Made by a program: the position numbers and the translations under genes. The notes under the pieces were generated by a model that was not told the DNA's origin, made no database searches, and saw nothing but the letters and a program-made list of their open reading frames with translations. Of a stretch of DNA of 64,000 nt, positions 12,114 through 24,773 are shown piece by piece (position 1 is the first letter of the stretch; each line of letters opens with the position of its first letter). The stretch is from positions 1 through 64,000 of the forward strand of contig MU626271.1 of the NCBI GenBank assembly GCA_025603075.1. Reading direction: 5' to 3'. The DNA is from Neoconidiobolus thromboides FSU 785. Lineage: Eukaryota > Fungi > Entomophthoromycota.

Positions 12114-14403
12114 CTAATTAGACTCGTCATCAATTTCTAATTCAAGGTCTGTTTCGACATTATAGGTAGCCTGTAAAATGGGTTGAATAGTAGATTCAAA
12201 GTAAGCTGGTCTTTTAGTTTGAGGATTATTTTGTTTAACAAGATCGAAGTAAGCTTGATAGATATCCCCATCGTAGCGACCAAATGGTGAGTTGATAACA
12301 TAATCACTAAATCCAAAACCATCAACTAAATTAACTGCTTGTGGGCGAATTTGTTCCATCAATTCAGTGACTTTTAAGGAAAGTTGTTGAATATCCTCTC
12401 CATTAAAGTATCCAGTAGATAATAAATGGCCCGAGTTTTCATGAGTAATATGACATCCATGAAGTTGGCAAAGTCGAGTCATTATATCTTGAAGGGAAAG
12501 TGGGGCCCTAGTTAAACCTTCAGCAAATTTCTTCAAAGTGAAGGCTTGGCAATGAAGTTTAGCAGCCTTTAATCTCTCAACAGCTATAAATCTTTTAGTA
12601 ATTAAATCAAATAAACTATAGAAAATACTTACAAGCTTTCTCATATGCCTGCTCAGTGCTAAGACCAGATGCACGTGCAGTTTCAAAAACTTTAACAGCA
12701 TTTAAAACGGCTGAAGCTGAAACTATATCCCATGCCTTTACCATGTTTTCAATCGAGAAAGGATCATTGTCTGGTTTAGCAACTTTAGAAAGTTTACCAT
12801 CCTTAATTAGATTGAAGTAAGAAATACCAGCAGCAAGACTACCACCTTTCTTCTTATATTGAAGGTAAGAAGAAATTAAATAACGACCAAGTTGAAGGGT
12901 TAGAATTGTATTATCACCTTCCCAAGTACATTGGATAGCAAAATCTTGATACATATTAGCCAATCCGGTGTAAGCGGAGTAACCATGGCCTCCGAGAGTT
13001 TGGCGGCATTCTTCAATTAAATTGAGTGCATTCCATGTTCCAAATGCTTTAAGGCCAGCTGAAGTTGAATGCACTTCTTTCAAAGAATCTAATACTTCTG
13101 GGAGATCTTTTGATTCTGGTGTTAAGGAATCCATACGCCTCATAAGATCAGCATGAGAAGCAGCAACAGCTCTTCCAGTGAAATGTAAAGCGAATGTTAA
13201 TGCAAGAAGTGGGAATAAACGATGTTGATGAATTGGGTAATCTAAAAGTTTGGTTTCTGGGGTTCCAGGTTTAGAAGAAAATTGGCGACGTATGGCACCA
13301 TACCTTATAGCAATAGTAAGAGCTTTGCTAGCAAAAGTGGCTGAATCAATAACCATAGAAACACGACCAGAAATAAGTGCTCCATAAGCAAGCTGAGCTA
13401 AAGGTGGATCACGCACTTCTCCAGTACGAGTTACTTGGGTATGTTTCATAAGCATATATTGTCGTGGAATTCTTACGTGAGTAAATTGGATGTAACCATT
13501 ATCAATACCGTCTCTACCCATCTTTTTTCCACAATCACCAATATTTACTCCTGGACGAAGCTTGAAATCTTTAGAGTCACGTAATGGTACAATAAATGTT
13601 TTTACACCGTGACGTTTACCTTTAACTATAAGTTGAGCATAAACTGCACTATGAGTAGCAGTTTGAGCAGCCCCACCAATCCACCATTTAGTAGCAGTTA
13701 AAGTTGGAGTATGAATAATAAATTCGTCTGAGGACTCGTCAAAAGTTGCAGTGGTTTCTAATGCAGCTACATTGGAGCCATGGCCTAATTCTGTCATAGC
13801 GAAACACCCAGTTACACCATTAAGGGTAATAGCACCCTTCTTGATCCAATATTGTAATTGATTAGGGGTGGCTTGGCCTTGGATTGCACCAAGGAATAAA
13901 CCAGAATGGACTCCAAAGCGGGTGTAAAAGGCAGGGTCAGTATATGAAATTACTTCCATACGTAATTTGAAGTTTTTTAAAGGTTCTGCGGCCAAGTAAG
14001 ATATAATCGAGCGAGCCTTGTCAAGTGTACGCTCACGAATTTGTTCAAGTGAGAGGTTTGGCTGATCCGACAATTTCCATGCTGGATCTCTTTCAAGTTG
14101 TAACATGATTTTTTCTTTAAGCTAAACACAATATTAAATTAAGAACTCGAATTGAAAACTTTCTTACCTCAGTGATATGTTCACCTCCATTTAAAAAATG
14201 AGTTAATTCCAAAACTGGAAATGAAGGATTTGCTCGTTCCTCTTGTAGTGAAGATTTAGAGCTATTTTACTTTGTTAGTCATTCGGTTTAGATATAAAAG
14301 TAGCTACTTACTCATAAAGAGACAATTGAGCTGAACATTTATTAATACTTGGAGATACATGTGATTTGATCTGATTTAAACGAGATTGTGGTTGGTTGAC
14401 CAT
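12114..14403 (-). CDS. POX1: Peroxisomal acyl-CoA oxidase
   Basis: GCFAMTELGHGSN, KWWIG, CGGHGY-like TLGGHGY and CTWEGDN motifs. Three introns reconstructed (including 12584-12632); N-terminal exon from ATG 14403. Confidence 0.96.
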
Positions 14404-14624
14404 TTCTAATTCCAAAACGTAAATAAATAAAAAATTAAAGAATAACAACTGGAATTACCTTTATTTTATACTATATTTTTAAAGGAGATAATAATAATAA
14501 CTGTTGACTTTTAAATATATAAACTTAAAGTTGAAAACTAATTTGATCAAGATTTAAAATTCACATTTTTATAATGTTGATTTTTAAACTCATATTTTTC
14601 GATTCAATTCAAAGTTTTTAAAAC

Positions 14625-14632
14625 TATTGGCT
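14625..14632 (-). promoter_or_regulatory. CCAAT box (TAGCCAAT)
   Basis: About 220 bp upstream of the acyl-CoA oxidase ATG. Confidence 0.35.
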
Positions 14633-14953
14633 AATCTTATTAAATCCAAGTCACGTTTGGATATCAGATCCACCTAATTTATCAGTAACAATAATTATTC
14701 ATAAATTAACTAATTAGTTTGCATTACTGGCATATGAAAATTATACAATCATCTAAAACTTATGCCAATAGTATAACTTTTAACTGTTTAAACGGTAAGG
14801 GAGTGATATTGAGTTATTATTTTCGTATGATTAGACATCTAGGAAACGTTAATATTGTTAAGAATATGATATTACCTTATCCATTTCTATATAGATTAAA
14901 AATACCTTATACATATACTATAATAATTAGTTTGAATTGCAAGGATTATATAT

Positions 14954-15045
14954 GGAAATGTTTTTTCATCATTTTTTCCATTTTTTGAGCACTATTTGAG
15001 TGGAAAAATCGCTAGTAAAATTCTTAAACAGAAAAATATATTCAC
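14954..15045. mobile_element. MITE family A, copy 4 (reverse)
   Basis: Core match; ATAT on both flanks. Confidence 0.82.
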
Positions 15046-15049
15046 ATAT

Positions 15050-15146
15050 AGAGACTTCTCTTCTACTTTCACTATCTTGTCTCTTTCGTAGCGCTATTGA
15101 GCGGAAAAAGTTAGTAAATTTTTAAATAAGTAAGACTTGTCCATAT
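15050..15146. repeat. Diverged relative of MITE family A (core only)
   Basis: AGCGCTATTGAGCGGAAAAAGTTAGTAAATTTT matches the family core; the arms differ. Confidence 0.5.
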
Positions 15147-15383
15147 ATCATTTTAGAGACCCCACTTAAAAATGAGCATTTTATTTATTTAAGGGAATTA
15201 ATTACTAGATTTTAAAATAAATCGTTCAGAAAATGGACAAAATATCAAAATAAAGAAAATTATATATCTTATTTAATATCTTAGACTACATAAAACATTA
15301 GATATGTTATTTTATTAGGCTTTAATAGTCAATAGTCTTGATTATTTTGGTTTATTTTCAAAAGTCAAAAAAGTTAATTATAT

Positions 15384-15481
15384 GGGAATGTTTTTTTGTG
15401 TTTAAGAATTCTATTAACAATCTTTCCACTTAAATAGCGCTTAGAAAATGGAAAAATAATGAAATCAAAAAAAACATCACC
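15384..15481. mobile_element. MITE family A, copy 5
   Basis: GGGAATGTTTTTTTG...CAAAAAAAACATCACC; ATAT on both flanks. Confidence 0.85.
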
Positions 15482-15806
15482 ATATATTAAATGTTGAGAC
15501 ATTAAGTTTTAAAAAAATTTAATCTTTAAATGTGATTAATTTTAAAATCCAAAACGAATTCTATTAAAAAAAATCATTATGAATTATATTCAATATGAAT
15601 ATATTAACATGTGAATATACTCAGCTGTTGGAATTAAGTAAAAAGCTTTTTTTATATTTATTATACAGGTTCAGATTATCTTACATTTTTTAACTCTTAT
15701 ATTTGTACTAGTATATTGTATATTTGAGCCAAAAGAAAGTCATTTGAATTTCTTTAGATAAAAAATATAGTAATAATAATAATTTCAAAATATTAGCTAA
15801 ATACAT

Positions 15807-15903
15807 AGGGATGTACTTTTGTGTTTAAGGTTTTACTAACAATTTTTCCACTCAAATAGTGCTCAAAAGATGGAAGAAGTGATGAAACCAAAAAAACATC
15901 CCG
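15807..15903. mobile_element. MITE family A, copy 6
   Basis: AGGGATGTACTTTTG...CAAAAAAACATCCCG; TSD not clean. Confidence 0.82.
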
Positions 15904-16155
15904 TATTGATTAGTCAAAAGTTGTATTTACTGATTTGTTTGTTATATTTAAGCTGATATACTTATTTAATCAAGACTGCTTTTATATAGAGCGCTCTAAA
16001 ATATGTTTAATAATTTAATAAAGGAATCTCATATTTACATTAGTGTTAGTATATGTGTAAAAGTAAATTATTAAGATAGGAGTACTAAGTGAATAGGTTC
16101 TACCATAACGTATAGCGATGTTCTATTTATTATCAATTCAAAAATACCCAAAAAA

Positions 16156-17082
16156 CTAAACTATATTATTAAAATAGTTAATAGTGTTATTTGGCTGCGT
16201 TGTATATTCAAAAGAAAATGCATTAACTGGGATAGAACTAAATGCAGTAACCGGCTGCATTATATATTGGGTAGAAAACGCGATTAGAGAGGCAGGGCTA
16301 AACGTCGTATTTGGCTCTGATGTATATTGAATAGGATATGTAATATAGGAATTAGAACTCCATAGGTTAGCATTTACATTTGGGTCACTAATACTAAACT
16401 CTGTTGAATTATTTTGATTTAAAATATTATAAGGCGTATGGTTGTCTATAACGTTAATATTGTTTATGCTATTTTCAGTTTTGATATCATTAGGATAGAC
16501 TGATTGCTCATTAAAATTTTTCTTTTCTAATGTGATCTCATAGCCTAGTGAAACATTACTTTCTATAACATTATTTAATGAATTGGTATTATTTACAGCA
16601 TAGGAAGTAGTACCATAGCGAAATTTAATACAATGCCTTCTACGAAATTTATTAAACCAATGATTAGTTGCTTTAAATTGTTTTATACCTAACTCAGTAG
16701 CTAATTCCTGTGCTTCATTCATAACTTCACCCATTGTTACATTGGTTTTGAAATAAATGTACTCTTCTTCATTTATAGTTGTTTTATCACAAAAATGATT
16801 AATAATGAATTTTTCCAAATATTCTAAACTAAGGTAATATCTTTGTTTCCTTATCTGGTTTATACCTAGTCCACTCTCATTTACCTTTTCTTGCCTTAAC
16901 AACAATTTAGTTATTGTGCTACGTCCTACTTGATATTGATCAGCTAATTCTTGATGTGAGTACCCTTGTTTATATAACTCAGCAACTTGTTGTCTTTCAC
17001 TTAAAGTTAAAACCTTACGTACTTTTCTAGTACCTGAATTTATTATAGTCTGTAAATTTGGAGCTTCTTTGTCAGAACTCAT
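16156..17082 (-). CDS. CENP-B/pogo-derived tandem-HTH DNA-binding protein without DDE domain (paralog A)
   Basis: RKVLTLSERQQV...LADQYQVGRSTIT (CENP-B N-terminal/psq HTH) and FKATNHWFNKFRRRH (Tc5 HTH), followed by an N/P/Q/S-rich tail. Intronless. Confidence 0.85.
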   Translation of the reverse strand: MSSDKEAPNLQTIINSGTRKVRKVLTLSERQQVAELYKQGYSHQELADQYQVGRSTITKLLLRQEKVNESGLGINQIRKQRYYLSLEYLEKFIINHFCDKTTINEEEYIYFKTNVTMGEVMNEAQELATELGIKQFKATNHWFNKFRRRHCIKFRYGTTSYAVNNTNSLNNVIESNVSLGYEITLEKKNFNEQSVYPNDIKTENSINNINVIDNHTPYNILNQNNSTEFSISDPNVNANLWSSNSYITYPIQYTSEPNTTFSPASLIAFSTQYIMQPVTAFSSIPVNAFSFEYTTQPNNTINYFNNIV

Positions 17083-19568
17083 TAATATTTTGAGTAATTT
17101 TATTTATTTATTTATTTATTGAATTTTGACCTTCTAGGGTTATATATATAATACATATTATATAACATTTTTGTTACTTCTAATTTTCAAAATTTGAATT
17201 TAGGTTAAACGGTCAGCCATGAATTGGGATACATAAGTGAATAACCAAGAAAGCTAAACAGCTGTAGTCTATTTTTAAACCATGGATGTCTTTTACTCTT
17301 TCGTTATTTACCTTAATTGTAAAGGAGTAGTAGGTTATGGTTTTAATTCTTAAATTATTAGTTCTGTCTAATTTTAACTCAATATAATTTTTTTGTCACA
17401 CAATAAAAATACCAAACATTCTATTTAATTTACAAATGTAATAAAGAATGGAAGAATTAATCATATGTTCTATGGTAATTTCTTTTTATGGAAGTTAGAG
17501 TTACAATAAAAGGACTTGAATTTTAATATTATAAATCAGAGTTATTTTTAAATATATTCTCAGATATATTTATAGTTTATCTAATATTAATGTAATGTAA
17601 TTCCCTACTCTTACAGTGGATACACGATATTAATCAGCATCATATGGCTACATAAATGAAAAATTTCTTTGACAAAGATAACCTGAAAATTATTAATCCT
17701 AATAAAATCTGAGGTCAAAAAGCTATTAATATGATATTTGTATCCTACCCTATTTTTTATTTATAGATTTGATTATACATTTTGGGATTTTTGTTTATTT
17801 ATAAAAGGTGATAAGCATATAAAATAACTAACTATCAACGTAATCTAGCATTCTAAAAGCATAGACATTCTAAATGCTGTACTATTAATTCAAAAAAGAC
17901 AATATTTATTTTATCATAAGATAAAATTAAATATTAAAACCTTAGTATTTTTGAACTTAATTGTATTGTGGTTTTTATATAGTTCTATGACTATTAATTT
18001 TAATAATGTATATATTTGAAGGCCCAGATAATACTACGATAAGATTATATATATTGCTATTCTAATGGCTAATTGTAAAATTAGTAAAGTAGTGGCTATT
18101 CTAAAGATGAATCTATGAATTGAGTGAGTTTAAAAGCCACCAAATCGTAAAATGGTTTTTCCTAGCTCTGATTTAGATTTATCCAAAGACCAGTTCTTTT
18201 TTTGACCAAAGACAAAGTAATAAGAGTATATAATTGGAACAAAAAGCACCGCAAAATAATCAGTTTTAAACAAATTACAAAAAACACTGATTTGATTAAA
18301 TATGTAACTATATTTATGTGTAGCTATCATTTCTTACTATAAAATTAGTTTATCGAAAGTTTAAAAGAGAATATTATCCCAATCGATAACTAGTATTGCT
18401 TAGCGGAAAAAGAACCAAGCTTATACAAAAATCTAGTACATAAAAATGTAAAACTATGGGACAAAGTGAAAAAACAAGAAAAAAGTACGAGAAAGTATTT
18501 TATTATGCTATTTTTCTATTCTTTAAGAGTAAAATAAAAAATACTTACTCAATTCTTTCAGTAGAAAACATTTGCTTTCTTTTCTTAGCATTTATGCTAA
18601 ATTACTTTTTGCAATAAAGCAAAATCGGAGAAAAGTTGAGCCTTGGTTAAATTTTATCTATTTTTAAAATGCGCAAAAAATAGAGACATAATAACTAAGG
18701 TTACATTTAAACTAAACCTGTATTTCACTTTCAAATTCTCTTTATCTTATTAATTACAGCGCTGTTCATTAAACATATAGTTTTAGTATTCATTTTCTTA
18801 ATAAACTAGTACATTGGCATGCATTAGTTTTTCTAAAAGTTGATCGATTTTTATTGGTCAAATATTCATTCATTCTAAAAAACCCATAAACTAATTTCTT
18901 ATAAACCTTGAGGATCTTCTCAATCATTAATAGTTAAGTAGGCAAAAAAATAACATGTTAATAACTAGTTTAAAATTAAATTAATTTCTATAACCCGAGG
19001 AATACAGATAGTTAAACCTCCAGCTTTGAGTTTTTAAGTCTTACTAGAATACGTTTGTGAAATTTATAACTTTTAAGATTTATAAAAACTGCTTAAAGCT
19101 ATTCCTAAAACTTGACCACTTAAGTACATTTGCCAAGTAAATTATTGAAAATATTTATACTAAATACTATACATGGCTTGTTTACTAGCTATAATTTTTA
19201 TGCTCAAGTCTAAACTTGACTAGTATACTCATCGAATGTAACCTGGTTACTTAAAAGCCTTTATCCGATTTGTAAATTTTAAACTAAAATCTGCACTTGA
19301 ATGATTAAATTATGATTTTTTCACTAAGGAACTAGTCAAAAATGTGAATAATTGCAAAAAAAATGAGTATTGCGTTAGTTTATGAAGAATATTTAAAGTT
19401 ACCTAAGATCGATCTAACTAAAAAATACTAAAAATCTCGATTCAAAGAAAGTGGATATTTTAGAAACTTCTAAACATTTTCTTATTACAGAATATTCATG
19501 ATTTCAAATTCAACATAAAAGCTAAGTTAAAACCTATCTTTAGAATTAGTTTATGTTTTTTAACGGCA

Positions 19569-21299
19569 ATGGAAATAAAATATTGTAACTTTGAATTAAG
19601 CAATCAACCTGAGAATTATATAGACAATAGGTGTGTTCTAGAGCCGCATGAGCTCTGTATCGAAGAAGTGACTCCAACATCCAACTCTTCTGAAATCACA
19701 GGACACAGTTTAAAAAGGAACTTTTCAGAATCTAGTAAAACTTCAGAATACTCAATAGTCACTAATAATAACACTACATTCAAAACACAAATATCTAATT
19801 TTTCTCAACGATTAGAAATGATAGAATCACTTTTGTCCGATAAGATAGTTAGAAATCAACACAATCTTGTAGAAAACTTGAATAAGCATTTGATGAGATT
19901 TTCTAACAAGAATCTATCTAATAATATCAGTAGTTATCTTGATTCTCATGAAAGCCATAACTATGAAAATAAATTCTTTAAATTAGCTCCAATTCCAAAT
20001 TTAGCGAATAACTTCAACATACCACCTCCAGATATTAACAAATTTGACAAGTTATATATAAAATGGGCGAATGAAGCAATGATACAAGAGTTAATTGCTT
20101 TATATTTTTCAGTGGTCCAAGTTTCACATCCATTAGTAAATAAGCATGCTTTTGAAACCAAAAAAGGATGCTGCTCAAAAGCTTTAATCTATGCAATGTG
20201 TGCTTATTCTGTAAAGTTTTCTAGTAATGAAAATTGGATTAAGACTCCCCGATGGTTACTTTCTCAAAGCTTTTTTAATGCTTCAAGAAATGCGATTTCT
20301 GAAGCCCAGTATTCACCTTCCCAAGCTAATATGCAAGCTCTTAATATGTTGGGCACTTTATGTTTTGAAATGGACACTTTATCTATGAACTTGATTGCAA
20401 GTTCCATCAAAATGGGACAACAGCTTGGATATGTTTATCTTGTTTCATGCGAAAATTTAGACACAACTTATCTTCAAGAAGATTTAGAAGATTATAAAGA
20501 AAGATGCCGAGCTTGGATGTTCTGCCTTGAAATGGAAAGGGTCTCTTCGTTAATTCATCAACGCCCTTTAATTCAAAAGTTTAAGCCAGGTGATGGTGGA
20601 ATTCATATAATAAATTTAACCATACCTATCAACATTGAAGATTCAACTCAAGGAAAGGATCAATTATTAAGCAATAATATTTTACAACAGGAGGTGGTAG
20701 AAAATTATGTCAAAATCATACATCATTTTTTCTTTTGTTTAAGATTACTAACGCAATATATTATCCAAGAGGATATTAAAGAAAAAAACAAATCCAAGGA
20801 GACCACAGATCTATTAAATTATACACAAAAACTTACATTTACGTTTTCAAAATTAAATGCGCTACTTCCAAGCCCAAAACTTCGTTTAATGATGAGAAAT
20901 TTTACACTTTATGTTCGTAACTTATTGGGCGCAGTCACGATTATTTATTACTTTCCAGAAATTTTAAATACACAAGTAAAAAAATTAAGTTTAACTACTT
21001 CTAATTCAAGGATAGGAAAAAGGATATTAAACAGATGTATTACTTGTGTAGAGCAGGCACATATAGCGGCGAAAGTGGTTAAAGATCGTCGTACCAATCA
21101 AAGAAGCTCTGCTTCTGTAAGTTTTGATTTTTATGTATTCGCTTGTTTTTTAATCAAATTAAAAAATTCGGAGTTTAAAACACAGGTAAAATATTCTGAA
21201 GAAATGGTTACAGATTTTATTTCAGCAATCAACCATTTAAGTAGCTATTGGTCTTTTGCTCGTGTGTGTTTACAAAATCTCCAATTAATTCAAGATTGA
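19569..21299 (+). CDS. Fungal-specific transcription factor domain protein (middle homology region), no Zn2Cys6 cluster visible
   Basis: LIALYFSVVQVSHPLVNK...LIYAMCA, SIKMGQQLG and ERCRAWMFCLEMERVSSLIHQRP resemble Fungal_trans motifs. Confidence 0.75.
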   Translation: MEIKYCNFELSNQPENYIDNRCVLEPHELCIEEVTPTSNSSEITGHSLKRNFSESSKTSEYSIVTNNNTTFKTQISNFSQRLEMIESLLSDKIVRNQHNLVENLNKHLMRFSNKNLSNNISSYLDSHESHNYENKFFKLAPIPNLANNFNIPPPDINKFDKLYIKWANEAMIQELIALYFSVVQVSHPLVNKHAFETKKGCCSKALIYAMCAYSVKFSSNENWIKTPRWLLSQSFFNASRNAISEAQYSPSQANMQALNMLGTLCFEMDTLSMNLIASSIKMGQQLGYVYLVSCENLDTTYLQEDLEDYKERCRAWMFCLEMERVSSLIHQRPLIQKFKPGDGGIHIINLTIPINIEDSTQGKDQLLSNNILQQEVVENYVKIIHHFFFCLRLLTQYIIQEDIKEKNKSKETTDLLNYTQKLTFTFSKLNALLPSPKLRLMMRNFTLYVRNLLGAVTIIYYFPEILNTQVKKLSLTTSNSRIGKRILNRCITCVEQAHIAAKVVKDRRTNQRSSASVSFDFYVFACFLIKLKNSEFKTQVKYSEEMVTDFISAINHLSSYWSFARVCLQNLQLIQD

Positions 21300-21787
21300 A
21301 TATATTTAATGTGGACTATAGTTTATATCCTACTTTATTTAATATAACTATCTTTTCCTTTCTTTTCCTTCTCCACAGCATTTATGTACATTAAAATGGG
21401 CCAAGATTAGCCTATTCTTGTAAATTTGATTAAAATTTCAACATTCTATGACCATTAACCTAGCTTTTAAAATATTCTTTGATTAATATAAAGTAACTTT
21501 CAATAAAATTTAATACCAAAACTATTTTAATCGAGTCTATAAATTCATTAATAGTATCAGATTTAAATTTATCACGAATAAAATACAATTGTAATCTACA
21601 ATAAACTAACTATACAACTTTTATAATTATTTATTACATTTTCCGTATAATAAATAAGTTTCTTGTTTTTTAATATTAGACCTCAGCAATCATCTACCTA
21701 TAAATATCGATAGTAAACGTTTCATTTCAATTCAAAATGACATCTCAAAACATTCTATAACAGAATATTGAATAATAAACTTTGAAA

Positions 21788-24703
21788 TTAATTGTGATAG
21801 GCGAATAATATCCTTAAAATAGCCTTTTCATTAAACCCTGCTTCTTTAAGATCATCTAATTTACTAAATATCCTTTCTTTCCTCTGTTCAATAACTATAT
21901 TCGCTTTTTTAGGACCAACGCCATAAAGAGATTTGATCATTTTAATATTTCCTGTATTTATAAGACCAACTAAAGGATGATTGGGGTCATCTAAACATTT
22001 TGAATACTGTTCAAGCTCAGTGTCTGGAATTTTACTAATTGAGGTGTTATGATCTCCATTTTCTTTATTCTCCCGCTTCCTCTTTTTTACTGGTTTTAAA
22101 GCAACCTCTTCCTGTATACTATCTTCTTCACTTTGATATTTCCATTCTTCAGATCCAGAACTACTATCCTCTTTTTTGATCTTTATTTCTTTACGATCCA
22201 CCTCATCCTTTATATGGTTATTTTTACTAGGAATAAACAGGCCTATTTTACACTTATTTTGTGAGATAATGGCAGATGGATTTTGTTTCGTTCTAATTGG
22301 ATTAACTTTTTTAGGTGGAGTTTGGTTTACTACTGAATAAAGTGCTTTTCCTTTTTTAGGTGGAGTTGTTGAAAGTTGGATTTCATTACATAGTTCTGCT
22401 ATCCTTTGTTGAATAATAGGATCATCCGGTGCCGACTCATTTGCTTAATAAGTTGGATAAGTATATAAATATACAATTTTAGCTTATCTTACCTTTCACG
22501 TAATATTTTAAGGAGTCTGTAAGATTTCCACTCAATCTAAGGGATTGTGCTAATTTTACTAGCTCAACTGCATTATCTAACTTTGCTCTTGAACGTATTA
22601 TCTCTTTAGCATCACTTGACGGACTTGCCGCAACCTTAGAAGGAGACTTCTTTTTATTCAACAAACTATTTAGAACGTATAATTTTTTATTTTCTGGGCT
22701 TTCTATACTATTTCTACTATTAATAATAGTAAATTAATTTGATGTTAATATATTGCAAGTTTTAGTATAAGCTAAATTAAGTTAAATAGTAAATCTTACT
22801 TTAGATTATTTCTAAGTTTTGAAGGTGTACCATTAAAATATTTTGTGCTCCTTTCTATTGTTACCGCATTATTGGATTTTCTTTTATTGTTATTTGGTGA
22901 TATTTTAGCATTTGGATTAATATGCTCTAAAGAACTAGTCTTCCTTCTATTAATGTCTTGCTTATTTCCATTCATGTCATTATTGGTTGTTAAGGGCGAG
23001 ATCTTATCTATTAAAAGCGTAGAAATAGTACTCAACCAAAATGATTTTCAGTCTAAAGGTTACCTTTGAATTGTTTAACTGCTACAGAACTTATAATTTT
23101 CTTTGATTTTATAGCAAAGTTTAATGCTCTTATTATTGAAAGTGAATACTAATGACTTTTCTTTACAATTATTATACTTACTGTTGGGTTTCTAAAAAGA
23201 ATTCCTTAATATGAAATGTTAAAGCTTAGCTATAAATTGCTGTATATTGTATTTACTTGTCCAGGAGCTATATTTACTATTATCATTCCAAGGGATTTTC
23301 CAGAAAGAGAAGGCTATTTTACAATTAATTAATTAATTAAAAAAATAAAAATATTACTTGTAATATCCTAGTCATTTTTGAATCTCTATATGGTACTCTT
23401 TGCTAATTTTTATTAGTAATTAAAATAAAAAATAAAAAATCTTACAGCTCCACTATTGATTGCATCAACCACTTGCCCTAATACAAATAAAGACTTGTTT
23501 ATAGCTCCAGACTCTGCCATCCTTTCTAAATTATTTCCTGTTCTACGATTATCCTCGGATCCTGCTAAATCTATCATACTCAACTTTCCAATATAACTAC
23601 GTTTCTCGATACTACTTTTTATTTTTATCTAATTAAATATTAAATATTATAAATTGGATCGAACTATTTGTTACATTTATAGTAAGGATGGCATGTGATC
23701 TTGATGAACGGGTATTCAGCTTTGTTGATGCCGTCGATCTATTTCTACATGCAAAGCTAAATAAAACAATTAGTGGCAAAAACACAATATAACAATTGAC
23801 TTACTTAAATTCCTTAAGGAATTCATTAATTGAATTTACAGTTTTCTATAATTCTTTTGTTAATAATTAGAATATCGAGTTTAAACGAAAATACGTGTGT
23901 CAAATCCGCTACGAAAATTTCTCTTTTACTATTTTCTCGTATATTTAAACCTCCAAAAGATTGCTATAACTAGTTTAGATAATTTCAATTTTTTGATTAA
24001 ACTTTCCAACCTGTTCTCTCGGTAGTAATAAATCAAATACTGTTTCTTTATATACTTCCATATAACTCATTGTAACAGTGAACTCATTTTCGTGATTTAT
24101 TTTTAAAAAATCTTGTCTTTTTTTGAACAAATATCTTAAACATTTCGGTATCAATCCTGGATCTGATTCTGTTCCTTCTAAAGTATATGTTTTTCCTAAA
24201 TTAAATAATAGTTATTAACTAAAATCATTTTAATTTTTATCTTAAATTTTATCTTAAAATGAAAATTCCTACCTGCTCCAGTCATACCATAACAAAATAT
24301 TGTTGCATCCTATCAATATATTTTTTAAATTAAGTTGTTACTCTAAAAAGAATTGATATGCTTTTACCAAACCTTTAATAACATTATCTAACAAAGGAAG
24401 AGCATTTTTTTTAAATATATCCGTCTGGGTACTTAAAGAATCGTAACAATTATCGAAACTATTATAAAATTTAATCTATTTTAAATCAGTTGAAACTAAA
24501 TATTACTTATAATAAAACGTTTCTGATGGATTTCTTAAATTTTGAATCAATATTGTTTTTTCTTTTTTATCAATAATAATGGTATCATCCTCCACCTCAT
24601 TTATTAAAAAAGGTCTCACTCGACATATTACATGAATCTTTCGCTTAACCGGACCTTGTTTTCCTTGAGTTTCATTTAACTTTGGTTTGACTGTATTACT
24701 CAT
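21788..24703 (-). CDS. KIF22: Kinesin-10 / KIF22 (Kid)-like chromokinesin with C-terminal helix-hairpin-helix
   Basis: [29 protein letters not shown] and [18 protein letters not shown]; C-terminal LYGVGPKKA HhH; many GT-AG introns. Confidence 0.92.
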
Positions 24704-24766
24704 CGAAATGGTTAAGAATGGAAATATTTGATCTTTTTAATTGACTTATTTCCAAATTCAACTTTT

Positions 24767-24773
24767 AGCCAAT
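24767..24773. promoter_or_regulatory. CCAAT box (AGCCAAT)
   Basis: About 65 bp upstream of the kinesin ATG. Confidence 0.35.

Noticed and set aside
19340-19380. Cys codons upstream of the fungal TF as a missing Zn2Cys6 exon
   Set aside because: The spacing does not give CX2CX6C in one frame, and no usable splice sites are present.
21805-21875. ATATCCTT motifs as possible U12 5' splice sites (also near 61785)
   Set aside because: They lie antisense within continuous coding exons and no intron is required.
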